From the NCBI GenBank assembly GCA_017458625.1, contig JAFTAH010000072.1:6828-70827 (forward strand): a DNA stretch of 64,000 nt, read 5' to 3'. This stretch comes from Kiritimatiellia bacterium (GTDB taxonomy: Bacteria > Verrucomicrobiota > Kiritimatiellia > CAIQIC01 > Lenti-01). Position numbers and translations under genes: made by a program. Positions 8,081 to 16,691 of the stretch are shown piece by piece. The notes beneath the pieces were generated by a model. It was not told the origin of the DNA. It saw nothing but the letters and a program-made list of their open reading frames with translations, and searched no databases. How positions within the stretch are numbered: position 1 is the first letter of the stretch; each line of letters opens with the position of its first letter.

Positions 8081-8835
8081 GGTACATATTTCCTGAATCC
8101 GGAGGTTCCGTCCAAAAATTCGTAGTATCGTTTATTAACGGTTCCAGAGGTTCCCGCGCCGATTCCTTCTCCGTCATAATCGACGATTCCAACATGTCCT
8201 GGCCCGCTTGGATCCGGATGGGCCACGATAAATCCCGGTTGAGGATAGGCAGTGTTCTCCAACAGCCAGTGGTCAATCGTGTAAACAAAAGGAAGAATGG
8301 GGTCTGTGGAGGCTGTTCCCGCCCACTGGTTGGCCGTCGGAGGATAATTGTGCAAATAACCATTGATGGCAGGGACGACGGCCCCTGCTTGGACAGCCCG
8401 GTGGGCAACGAAAATGTTGCATTTATAGGCACCGGCTGGAAATTCGGAAAATCCATAATCGGCAGGAACAACGCCTGCCAATGGATAATTGGTACTACCC
8501 AGCCAAGTCCTCGCCAATGCCGAAAAATCCACTTGGAACTGCGTGTCCGCCACACCGACGGCATCGGGATCTCCTACACACCCCAATCCATTGGGCTCTT
8601 CATTGCCTTTCCGCGTGTAAAGCCGTTCAAGTGCCATTGTTGCCGTCACGTGGAGAACGGCTTTCACCCGGAAAATGCCACTCAAATTCATTGCATGGGT
8701 GTAGGTTGTCCCATGCGCATCCGTCCCAAAGGAGGTCCAGTTATCCCAAGTGCCATCCCTCTTCCGGCGTTGATACATCCACGTCGGCTCATCGCCAAGT
8801 GGAACATAGGTGCCGGGATAAATGCCCGTTTTCAT
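8077..8835 (-). CDS. papain-fold (CHAP/NlpC-P60-like) putative amidase/peptidase, no signal peptide (252 aa)
   Basis: Cys in AGAYKCNIFVAHRAVQAG and His in GFIVAHPDPSGPGHVGIVDYDG, in the order and spacing typical of CHAP/Tae-like Cys-His hydrolases. ATG at 8835 overlaps the TGA of the preceding module ORF (ATGA). Confidence 0.55.
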   Translation of the reverse strand: MKTGIYPGTYVPLGDEPTWMYQRRKRDGTWDNWTSFGTDAHGTTYTHAMNLSGIFRVKAVLHVTATMALERLYTRKGNEEPNGLGCVGDPDAVGVADTQFQVDFSALARTWLGSTNYPLAGVVPADYGFSEFPAGAYKCNIFVAHRAVQAGAVVPAINGYLHNYPPTANQWAGTASTDPILPFVYTIDHWLLENTAYPQPGFIVAHPDPSGPGHVGIVDYDGEGIGAGTSGTVNKRYYEFLDGTSGFRKYVP

Positions 8836-9071
8836 GGTGACTTCGCTCCCATTGAGAAAAACGCCTTGACTTCGACTCCTTTCAAGGGCTCGCCCGTGTC
8901 GAAGTCCGACACCCTAACCGTCACTTTTCTCATCCCTGCCGCCAGCGATACGCCCGCAGCGCCATGCCACGCCAACATTGCCACCACCCACAGCGGCAAC
9001 AACCATGCCAGATGTTTGGCCCAGTTTCGCCAACCCCGTCTTGGACAATGGAAATGGAGTTCCGTTTTCAT
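8832..9071 (-). CDS. 79-aa ORF encoding only the shared N-terminal signal + beta-sandwich module (MKTELHFHCPRRGWRNWAKHLAWLLPLWVVAMLAW...KVTVRVSDFDTGEPLKGVEV)
   Basis: Homologous to the N-termini of 5900-6964 and 9072-10130. Begins immediately after the stop of family copy 2 and is translationally coupled to the amidase-like ORF. Confidence 0.45.
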   Translation of the reverse strand: MKTELHFHCPRRGWRNWAKHLAWLLPLWVVAMLAWHGAAGVSLAAGMRKVTVRVSDFDTGEPLKGVEVKAFFSMGAKSP

Positions 9072-10130
9072 CTACGGGAAGAGAAACGCCTTTTCGTAAC
9101 GGAAAACATCAAGGTTTTTGAACAGGTTTTCGCCGAACTCGACGTTCCGGTCGTTGGGTTCCGGGTTGAAATAGTAGCTGAAATCGCCGAACACTCCTTG
9201 CATGCCGGGATGGGGACTGACTTCGAAATCGCCGTAAATCTTGCCGTAGTGGGCCGACACGACATTGCCCTTTTCGTCCAACTGCGTCCGGACGCGCAAA
9301 TAGAAACACCTGTCCTTGTTGGGTATCCACCCCCGCTCTTCCGCATCGTCGTCCGACGGACAGGCGTAATATCCCTTCCTCGTCAAACGGGGTTCGTACC
9401 CCGACTCCGGCGCCGTCCGCAAAAAATGGCGGAACGTGTCCTCGGGGAGAAGAACGGGAATGACGCCGTTTCCCGCACCGGGGAACTCCACGTCCATCTG
9501 GAAAACGACCCCTTCGTAGGGACGGGGTTCAAGCCATCCCCCGTATGGTTTTTCTCCCTTCACCTCCTCGCGGCGGATGGCAAACAAAATGTCGGAGGTC
9601 TTTCCCTTTCCGAAGGGCGCCACCCAATCTCCCGCTTCCAAGTCATAGCCGCAGGGAACATCCGTTTTAGGTAGGCGGCAACACATGAGATGCTTCGCGA
9701 ACATCGGCACGGGAGTTCCTTTCCGGTTCAACCGCAACTCCAGCAGGGGATTCCAGGGCAAAAGCCGCGGGGGTGTTCCCCATGTCACGTTCGTGAACAC
9801 CAGTTTTCTTTCAAACCGATAATACCCTTCGGGTTTGGATTCGACGACCACGCTTCCCCCGTCCGCCATCGCCGATATGGAGCAAAGTCCCTCCTTGTCG
9901 GTGCTGGCGGTTTTCTCGACGGGCCCCTTTTTTCCAAATGCCTGTCCCCACATCGAGAAATGGACATTGACCCCAACGCCCTCCAACGGCTCCCCCGTCT
10001 CGAAATCCGACACCCGGACCGTCACTTTCTGCAAGCTTGGGGCTGCAATCAAATGGACCGCCCCTTTCCATAACATTGCCACCACCACCCACGCAGGCAG
10101 CAACCACAACAAATGTTTAGTCCATTTCAT
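9072..10130 (-). CDS. secreted/membrane-anchored hypothetical protein, family copy 2 (352 aa)
   Basis: ATG at 10130; paralog of 5900-6964 with identical N- and C-terminal ends. Its start overlaps the last 14 nt of gene X (10117-10529). Confidence 0.75.
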   Translation of the reverse strand: MKWTKHLLWLLPAWVVVAMLWKGAVHLIAAPSLQKVTVRVSDFETGEPLEGVGVNVHFSMWGQAFGKKGPVEKTASTDKEGLCSISAMADGGSVVVESKPEGYYRFERKLVFTNVTWGTPPRLLPWNPLLELRLNRKGTPVPMFAKHLMCCRLPKTDVPCGYDLEAGDWVAPFGKGKTSDILFAIRREEVKGEKPYGGWLEPRPYEGVVFQMDVEFPGAGNGVIPVLLPEDTFRHFLRTAPESGYEPRLTRKGYYACPSDDDAEERGWIPNKDRCFYLRVRTQLDEKGNVVSAHYGKIYGDFEVSPHPGMQGVFGDFSYYFNPEPNDRNVEFGENLFKNLDVFRYEKAFLFP

Positions 10131-10529
10131 TCGGTTCCGCCTTCGCGAAATCGGTCGTTCCCCGCCACAATTCCGCGCCGCTTCCGTCGCGCAACACCGT
10201 CGCCCCGCCCTCCCGCTCCGACGACACGGGCACCACCCACGTCGCCAAGTCGCGCGTCGCGGGGGCCGTATCCCATCGCGGCGAAAACTCCTCCCACGCC
10301 GCCGGCCATGTCCCCGCGTCCTGCACCAACTCCCCGTCCCCCGGCGTCATGCGCCGAAACTGGTTCCGCAAAATCTCCAGCCGCTCCGCGAAATCCTCCT
10401 CACCCAGCACCACCGCCTCGCCCGGCCCGTCCCCCGCCTCGTCGGCATCCCCAGCGGCAAACGACGGCGGAACACACAAAAATGCTGCAACACCAAGCCA
10501 ATCAACCAGCCCAATCTCTTCATGTGCAT
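10117..10529 (-). CDS. truncated and probably frameshifted paralog (gene X) of the partial gene at 63408->; secreted hypothetical protein
   Basis: In-frame segment VVLGEEDFAERLEILRNQFRRMTPGDGELVQDAGTWPAAWEEFSPRWDTAPATRDLATWVVPVS...TDFAKAEPNEMD* aligns with DIVVLGEVDLAERAEIWRNQYRRMTPGDGTFVQDVGAWPAAWEEFGSHWDAAPATRDLATWLVPVS...ATDFAKPESAN of the 63408 gene. The only ATG (10529, MHMKRLGWLIGLVL) is in the +1 frame; the homologous frame has no ATG near the signal-like segment, so this is a frameshift or non-canonical start. Confidence 0.4.
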
Positions 10530-10764
10530 CTTCCTGTGTACGCCGCTCTTCTCCACGCCCCATTCTCCCCTCTCCCCCCTCCCTCCCGCAAGCCCAAACT
10601 TCCCCTCCCCCCCATTTGTTCCCCTCCCTCCCCTCTGCGTCCCTGCCTCTGCGTTGAATGCCTCCCCCAATTCCCCCCGCCCCTCCCGCTACTCCCCCGC
10701 CTTGTCGGCGCACAGCCGCAAGCCCACCACGGACTTCCCCATCACGGCCCCGGCCCCGGCCCCG

Positions 10765-10890
10765 GCGCCGACGCCACTCCAATACTCGCCCCGTTTCCCG
10801 GAAATCTTTCACGTTCCGCGAAAAAATCATCCCCGTTTTTACAAAAGCGTTTCCCTTCCGTGCAATCCGTGTAGACCGTTTGCCCCTCGC
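10765..10890 (+). repeat. copy 3 of the conserved intergenic element (CACTCCAATACTCGCCCC-N7-GGAAATCTTTCAC ... CGTGCAATCCGTGTAGACCG)
   Basis: Alignment with copies at 4183-4300 and 5412-5500. The tail motif CGTGCAATCCGTGT also recurs at 16160-16185. Confidence 0.6.
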
Positions 10891-10918
10891 TCCGTGTCCG
10901 TGGACGGTCCGGCACCGT

Positions 10919-12070
10919 TCACATCCCGCCGCCCCACCGGAGCGTCTGCATCAGCGATTGCGTTTCTTCGTTTTCCCAGTAGGCGACAGCCGCTTCCAAC
11001 GCCTCTTGCAATTGCTTGCGGCGCTCTTCGTCTGCTGATGGAGCGTCCGCTTCCGACACTTCCGCCGTTTCCGGCGCTTCCCATGCCGTCGTCGTTTCCC
11101 GCAGGGCCGATGCTTCCGGGATTTCCGGTGCCGGAATCAGCCCTTGCGGGGCTTTCTCCCGCCCCCCGCTCCACAACCACGCCCCCAGCGCCACGGCCAG
11201 CGCGGCCGCCGCCACCGCCCACGCGGCGTTCCGCGCCCGGTGGCGGTGCCGGATTGCCCGCAGCAGCGGCTCCACGTCGGGATAGCGCTGCCGTGGCAGG
11301 GCCGCCGTCGCCCGCCGGATGATTTTCTCCCAGGCACGCGGCGGCTTGCCGCCGAAACACTCCTCCGCCAGCATTCCCAGCGCGTAGACGTCCGCCGCCG
11401 GCGTCGCCCCGGCGCCGGTGAACTGCTCCGGTGCCGAATGCCCGGGCGTCCCCACCCCCGCCTCGCGGCCGTCCACCACCGACGGCGACTCCCGTTCCGA
11501 CGCCGCCGTCTCGACCGCGTCGCCCGTCCCGACCGCCTTCAGCAGCCCGAAATCCGCCAGCACCGCGTGGCCGTCCGCCCGGCACAGGATGTTGCCGGGC
11601 TTGACGTCGCGGTGGAGCCACCCGCGCGCGTGCAACGCCGCCACCCCGGCGCCGACCTCCAGCAGGTATCGCGCCACGTCCGCGTCGGTCTCCGGCAATG
11701 GGCACTCGTCCAGCAGCTCCATCGCCATCCACGGCCGCCCCGACTCCTCCCCTGCCCCGTGGAAAGCGGGGAACGAAGGCATTCGGTTCTCCATCAAGAA
11801 CCGCGTCTCGCGCTCGAACCGCTCCCGCGGTCCCGCCCCGTCCCGCCACAGCACCTTCAGCGCCGCCCGCGTCCCCAGTCGCCGGTGTTTCGCGCAGTAC
11901 ACCTCCGCGTTCCCGCCCCGCGCCAGGAAGCCCGTCACCGTCCACTCGCCGACCTCCCGCCCATCCTCCCACACCCGCCCCGCCGCCTCCCCGCCGCCCA
12001 GGTCCGCCTCCCCCGACTCCGCCAGGTAGGCCGCCAGCAGCTCGTCGCTGTCATCGAATCCCGTCGACAT
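10919..12070 (-). CDS. Hanks-type Ser/Thr protein kinase with one C-terminal TM helix and a short extracytoplasmic tail; candidate ECF-sigma-associated kinase
   Basis: HRDVKPGNIL, DFG, SAPE and GK..ALKVL motifs. TM segment AAWAVAAAALAVALGAWLW. Overlaps the 3' end of the ECF sigma gene by 20 nt. Confidence 0.85.
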   Translation of the reverse strand: MSTGFDDSDELLAAYLAESGEADLGGGEAAGRVWEDGREVGEWTVTGFLARGGNAEVYCAKHRRLGTRAALKVLWRDGAGPRERFERETRFLMENRMPSFPAFHGAGEESGRPWMAMELLDECPLPETDADVARYLLEVGAGVAALHARGWLHRDVKPGNILCRADGHAVLADFGLLKAVGTGDAVETAASERESPSVVDGREAGVGTPGHSAPEQFTGAGATPAADVYALGMLAEECFGGKPPRAWEKIIRRATAALPRQRYPDVEPLLRAIRHRHRARNAAWAVAAAALAVALGAWLWSGGREKAPQGLIPAPEIPEASALRETTTAWEAPETAEVSEADAPSADEERRKQLQEALEAAVAYWENEETQSLMQTLRWGGGM

Positions 12071-12638
12071 CCTTCAAGCACTCCACGAGCTCTCGCAGCC
12101 GCGCCGTCATGCGGCTCTTCGTCAAATCCACCACCCTGCGCTCCACCCCCAGCGACTCCGCGACTGCCGCCGGCTTCTCCCCCCGCAGCGCCGTCCGCAC
12201 GAAAATCTGCTTGCTGCGGGCGCCTAGCCGCGAACTCCCCATCAACTGTCCAAGCGCCGCCGCGTAGACCGTCTTGCGCCACTCCTCCGCCCCGTCGTCC
12301 TCCGCGCCGCCCCCGTCCCGCACCGCCACTGCCTCGGCCTCGCTTCTGCGCCCCGCCCGCCGCAGCGCGTCCACGGCCTTGTGGCGCAGCACCCCCGTCA
12401 GGAAATTGTGGAACGCGCCCTTTTTGTCCTCGCGCTCGACGTACCCGGGCAGCGCCTTCATCACCCCGAGCAACGTCTCCTGGATCAAGTCGTCGGCCTC
12501 AAGCCCCGGGAACCGATCCCGCGCGTACGCCTCCAGCATCGGCCGGTACTTCGCGGCGAACTCCGCCCACCGCGGATGCTCCGCCGCCCCGGCAATCTGC
12601 TTCAACATGGTCGTGGATGTTCTCGGAATCCTGTCCAT
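12051..12638 (-). CDS. ECF (extracytoplasmic function) RNA polymerase sigma-70 factor (195 aa)
   Basis: Region 2 (ADDLIQETLLGVMKAL) and region 4 HTH (AVAESLGVERRVVDLTKSRMTARLREL). ATG at 12638 (MDRIPRTS...). The rest of the 645-aa track ORF upstream of this ATG is Arg/Gly noise overlapping gdh antisense. Confidence 0.85.
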   Translation of the reverse strand: MDRIPRTSTTMLKQIAGAAEHPRWAEFAAKYRPMLEAYARDRFPGLEADDLIQETLLGVMKALPGYVEREDKKGAFHNFLTGVLRHKAVDALRRAGRRSEAEAVAVRDGGGAEDDGAEEWRKTVYAAALGQLMGSSRLGARSKQIFVRTALRGEKPAAVAESLGVERRVVDLTKSRMTARLRELVECLKDVDGIR

Positions 12639-12929
12639 GGCTGCTCGTTCCCTTGCCACCCCCTTGGCTTCCATCACCTTTCCTCTTCCTCCCTCGCGCC
12701 TTCCTCCCGTTCCGCGTAAAACCACCAATCGTCCGCCTCGACGCCGGCGCACGTTTTCGCCCTGCAATGACATAACGGGATGGCAGGGTTCGTGTGTTTT
12801 GCGTGGTTGGAGCGGAGGACGGGCATCGGCACAAGGGGTAATCGGAAATTCTGTTGTCAGCCTAGCAGACGCAGAAAGCAAATGCAAGAACAAATGACCA
12901 TAAAAAACATGTGTTCGAGCCCATTGCCT

Positions 12930-12965
12930 AAAACTCCTCGCCCTAGCCAACTGCGGGCGAGGTCC
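12930..12965 (-). terminator. possible weak intrinsic terminator downstream of gdh (7-bp GC stem CTCGCCC/GGGCGAG followed by a 4-U run on the minus strand)
   Basis: Hairpin is visible by eye; the U-run is short. Confidence 0.25.
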
Positions 12966-12988
12966 GCGCCAGAAGCACGTCTGACGGG

Positions 12989-14296
12989 TTATGGATAGAT
13001 GCCGCGGAGGCGGGAGGCCTTGGCGACGCGGGAGACGGCGAGAATCTGGGCGGCCGTACGGAGGTCGCAACGCTCGCGGGCGGCGACGTCGCAGACGTCG
13101 TGGAAGCTCCGGAGCATGATGCGGTCGAGCGAGCGGTTGATCTCGGATTCGTCCCAGAAATTGGCCTGGAGGTCCTGGACCCATTCGAAATAGGAGACGG
13201 TGACGCCGCCGGCGTTGGCTAGGATGTCGGGGACAATGGTGACGTCCTTGCCCAGCAGAATCGCGTCGGCCTCCGGGGTGGTGGGGCCATTGGCGCCTTC
13301 GACGACAATCTTGGCGCGGACGGCCTCGGCATTGGCGGCGGTGAGCTGGTTTTCGAGGGCGCAGGGGACGAGGATGTCGGCATCGGAGGCCAGCAGGCGG
13401 GCGTTGGCGGCCACGGGGTCGGGGTCGTAGTCGGCCCCCTGGAAGCCTTGGAGCGTGCCGGCGCCGCCAGGGCCACGGACGTGTTCGTGGAGGGCGGCCA
13501 CGTCGATGCCGCGCGGATTGAAGAGTCCGCCGTAGGCATCGGTGACGGCCACGATCTTGACCCCCTTGGCGTGGAGGTGCCGGGCGGCGGCGGAACCGAC
13601 GTTGCCGAAGCCCTGGATGGCCGCCGTGGACTGCGCGGGATGCAATCCCAGGCGTTCGGCGGCGGCCAGGGTCACGGTGGCGACGGAGCGGCCAGTGGCA
13701 TCGAGACGCCCCAGCGACCCGCCAATCTCGACCGGCTTGCCGGTGACGACACCAGGCACCGAGTAGCCGACAGTCATGGAGTAGGTGTCCATCATCCATG
13801 CCATGACCTGGGGGTTGGTGTTGACGTCGGGTGCGGGAATGTCCTTGTTGGGACCGAGAATGATGGAGATTTCGGAGGTGTAGCGCCGCGTGACGCGCTC
13901 GATTTCGCCCATCGACATGCGGGTGGGATCGCAGACGACGCCGCCTTTCGCGCCCCCGTACGGCAGACCGACGACGGCGCATTTCCACGTCATGAGCATG
14001 GCCAGCGCCTTGACCTCGTCGAGGGTGACGCCCGGATGGTAGCGGACGCCGCCCTTCGTCGGCCCGCGCTCGGAGTTGTGCTGGACGCGGTAGCCCTCGA
14101 AGACCTCGACATGGCCGTCATCCATGCGGACCGGAATGGAGACGACGAGGGTGCGCTGGCATTGGCGCAAGCGGGCCAGCGTGCCGGGATCGAGCTGCAT
14201 GCGGGCAGCCACGGCGTCGAGCTGGCGACAGGCCATGTCCCAGAGCGAGAAGGGGCGGGAGACGGGAACAGCGGAAGGGGCATTCGTCGTGGTCAT
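12989..14296 (-). CDS. gdh: NAD(P)-dependent glutamate dehydrogenase (Glu/Leu/Phe/Val dehydrogenase family)
   Basis: GGVRYHPGVTLDEVKALAMLMTWKCAVVGLPYGGAKGG ... GFGNVGSAAARHL ... ANGPTTPEAD. ATG at 14296 (MTTTNAPSAV...). The upstream in-frame extension in the track is likely not translated. Confidence 0.9.
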   Translation of the reverse strand: MTTTNAPSAVPVSRPFSLWDMACRQLDAVAARMQLDPGTLARLRQCQRTLVVSIPVRMDDGHVEVFEGYRVQHNSERGPTKGGVRYHPGVTLDEVKALAMLMTWKCAVVGLPYGGAKGGVVCDPTRMSMGEIERVTRRYTSEISIILGPNKDIPAPDVNTNPQVMAWMMDTYSMTVGYSVPGVVTGKPVEIGGSLGRLDATGRSVATVTLAAAERLGLHPAQSTAAIQGFGNVGSAAARHLHAKGVKIVAVTDAYGGLFNPRGIDVAALHEHVRGPGGAGTLQGFQGADYDPDPVAANARLLASDADILVPCALENQLTAANAEAVRAKIVVEGANGPTTPEADAILLGKDVTIVPDILANAGGVTVSYFEWVQDLQANFWDESEINRSLDRIMLRSFHDVCDVAARERCDLRTAAQILAVSRVAKASRLRGIYP

Positions 14297-14972
14297 GTCG
14301 AACTCCTGTGGAAGGCTGGATGCAATCGTCCAATCCACACCGCCAAGCCTTGAGGAAACGAACGCCATAGGCAAGCGAAAAAGCACCTCCCCAGGTGAAA
14401 CGTTTGAAATCCCCCCCCCTCCGACATTCTGCCGCCTCCTGTCCATTGGCACCCCAATCATTAGCCAAGCAAGGAAAGAGGATGGCGTTGGAAGCTGGAG
14501 TTTCGACTTGATAGCTCCAGGTGGAGCTCCATATAGTCAGAGGCGACCAAGGCCAGCTCCTTAGATGGTGACAATGTGGAAGAAGATGAAAGCCTATCGT
14601 TTCAACGGTGCCCAGACGGGCAGTTTCCGCATGTCTCGACTGTTGATGTCCTTCGTCTTGGTCCTTTGGGGATTTGTCTTGCTAGCGTGGGGAACGGATT
14701 GGTCCGATGTGGCGGAAGTCGCGCGGGAAGGGGAACGGGTACGGAACCTGGCGGCCGAATGAAAGCTACTATGCTCCGGAATTAATGCAGAGCAATCTCT
14801 TACGTCGTCTGGTCATGTACGGGGTCGGAATCGATAGCAAGGCGGATGTCCCGATGGGGGATATTCATGGGATTGCGAAAGAGGCCGGGCAGTATCAGCA
14901 CAGACTTGTTCCTTTAGGAATGACCAATTTGAACCGCACGGCCATCAGCCAATAACAAGGAGGAATACAGGA

Positions 14973-15755
14973 ATGAGATTGAGCGTGGTAATCATTGCAG
15001 CCATGTTGGCAACGGTGACAGAGGCGCAGGAACCCCTGCAAGCGTTTCCCGAGGATGCCATGGCGCGGCTTTCAGAACTTGCCAAGGTGACAGATGACTG
15101 GGAATACCAAGCAGGGGAGCTTGAAGGAATGAGGCGACAGTTAAAGATGTCGCCAGACGCGTTCGGCGGCATGCTGGTCCGCTTTGCCGAGGACGTCGGA
15201 AAAACAGAGGGGGGGGAGGCGTTGAGAAAGCGAGCGCTCGAATGGCTAGGGGCTTTTGGCACAGAAAATGTCCTGCCTTTCTTGAGCCAGACCGTGTTCG
15301 AGGGAACGGAGTTGGAGAAACAGGCCGCGTTCAACTCCTTTGCCCGAATCGATGCGTGTTCTTCCCGAACGTTGGACTTGCTTCGACAGGCCTTGGCCGG
15401 CATGAGCCCCATCGCATCATCTGTCGCCTATGAGTCTTTGGACATGCGGGCAGGAACGGACCATCGGAAAGCGGTCATCGAGTACTTCATCGAACAGGCA
15501 AGGGTTGATGACGGCGGAGCAGGAACGTTGGACAGGCTTCTTTTGAAAAACCTGCCCGAATGGCGTTTTGCGCGCGCAAGGTCTCAGATGGTGAGACGGG
15601 TTTTTGAGGGCAACAACCCATATTCCCGGCAAGCCCTCGCAGGGGCGCGCGAAGAGCTGTTGGCTCTCCCGGCTGGTGTGCTGGCCGATGACGAATCAAT
15701 TTTGCGCTTGGTTGACTTGCGTTTCAAGCCCAGCTGTGAGGAGAAGAGCGAATGA
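14973..15755 (+). CDS. secreted hypothetical protein (260 aa) in a moderately low-GC region
   Basis: Strong RBS AAGGAGG 8 nt upstream of ATG 14973. Signal peptide MRLSVVIIAAMLATVTEAQE. No recognizable domain. Confidence 0.7.
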   Translation: MRLSVVIIAAMLATVTEAQEPLQAFPEDAMARLSELAKVTDDWEYQAGELEGMRRQLKMSPDAFGGMLVRFAEDVGKTEGGEALRKRALEWLGAFGTENVLPFLSQTVFEGTELEKQAAFNSFARIDACSSRTLDLLRQALAGMSPIASSVAYESLDMRAGTDHRKAVIEYFIEQARVDDGGAGTLDRLLLKNLPEWRFARARSQMVRRVFEGNNPYSRQALAGAREELLALPAGVLADDESILRLVDLRFKPSCEEKSE

Positions 15756-16357
15756 ATGAGAGGAAATGTGTGTTAACGAACAGACACTCTGCAATCTTGG
15801 CTGACATGGTTACGGACGAGGTGCTGAGTGAGAGTTTCCTTTCGGACAAGGAGCAGTAAGCACGATTAGTGAGTTTTCAGGCACAGACGGCCGAGACGGC
15901 GATGAGCTGACGCTGGTTGAGGAGCTTCGGATGTTGTCAGACTCAAGTGGAATAGAGGGCATGGAGGGATAAGGGGGGATAAGGGGACAGGCTATTAGCT
16001 GGTGACAAAAGGGTGATGGAAAGCTTGCGACCATCCATTCGCCAATCTCTCGCTTTCCTCTCGCCTCAGCGCCCTCCGCGCCTCCGCGGCGGCTTTGGAG
16101 GGACTTCCGACCTCAGACGTCTGACTTCCCGGAAGGCGTCCCCGACACTGAAACCCCTGCTCGTCCGTGCAATCCGTGTTATCCGCGGTCTGGCTTTTTT
16201 GCGACTCTGCGGCTTTGCGTGAGCTTTTGGACTTGCGATTTGCGACATCCGGATTGCGATGGGCGACGGGCGGGGTGCGCGCAGCCCGAAACTTTTCACT
16301 TGCAATGCGGCAAAAGAGGGACTAGGGTTCGCGGCGTATCCACGCGGTACATCATCC

Positions 16358-16444
<87 letters not shown>

Positions 16445-16564
16445 ACTTCTTGGGCCCATCGGCTGAATCGCCGATGGCCATTTTTTTGTCCCCCGCCCCC
16501 CCTTCGCAGACACGAAAACCTCGAAAATCACTTGCTTTTCACGAAATCTCACGGCAATTCGAAG

Positions 16565-16612
16565 GGCTAGAATTCTAGTTTTCTAGACTTCTAGATTTCT
16601 AGGAAACTAGAG
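16565..16612. repeat. CTAG-periodic repeat R1 ((T)TCTAG-NN)x6, 8-bp period, AT-rich
   Basis: ctagaaTTCTAGttTTCTAGacTTCTAGatTTCTAGgaaaCTAG; lies between the convergent tRNA-Leu and iorB. Confidence 0.8.
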
Positions 16613-16691
16613 GGAAGGAACCAGCCCGTAGGGCGTTGGGCAACGTGCGGGTCTGCCCACGTGACGGCCCGGCCCTACTGGCAACTACGTC

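Noticed and set aside
12051-13988. 645-aa ORF
   Set aside because: The ECF sigma starts at ATG 12638. Upstream the frame runs antisense through gdh with Arg/Pro/Gly-rich composition.
14565-14762. 65-aa single-TM micro-protein ORF
   Set aside because: Plausible (ATG, hydrophobic core LLMSFVLVLWGFVLLAW) but there is no RBS and no homology; too weak to list as a feature. Mentioned under the low-GC island finding.
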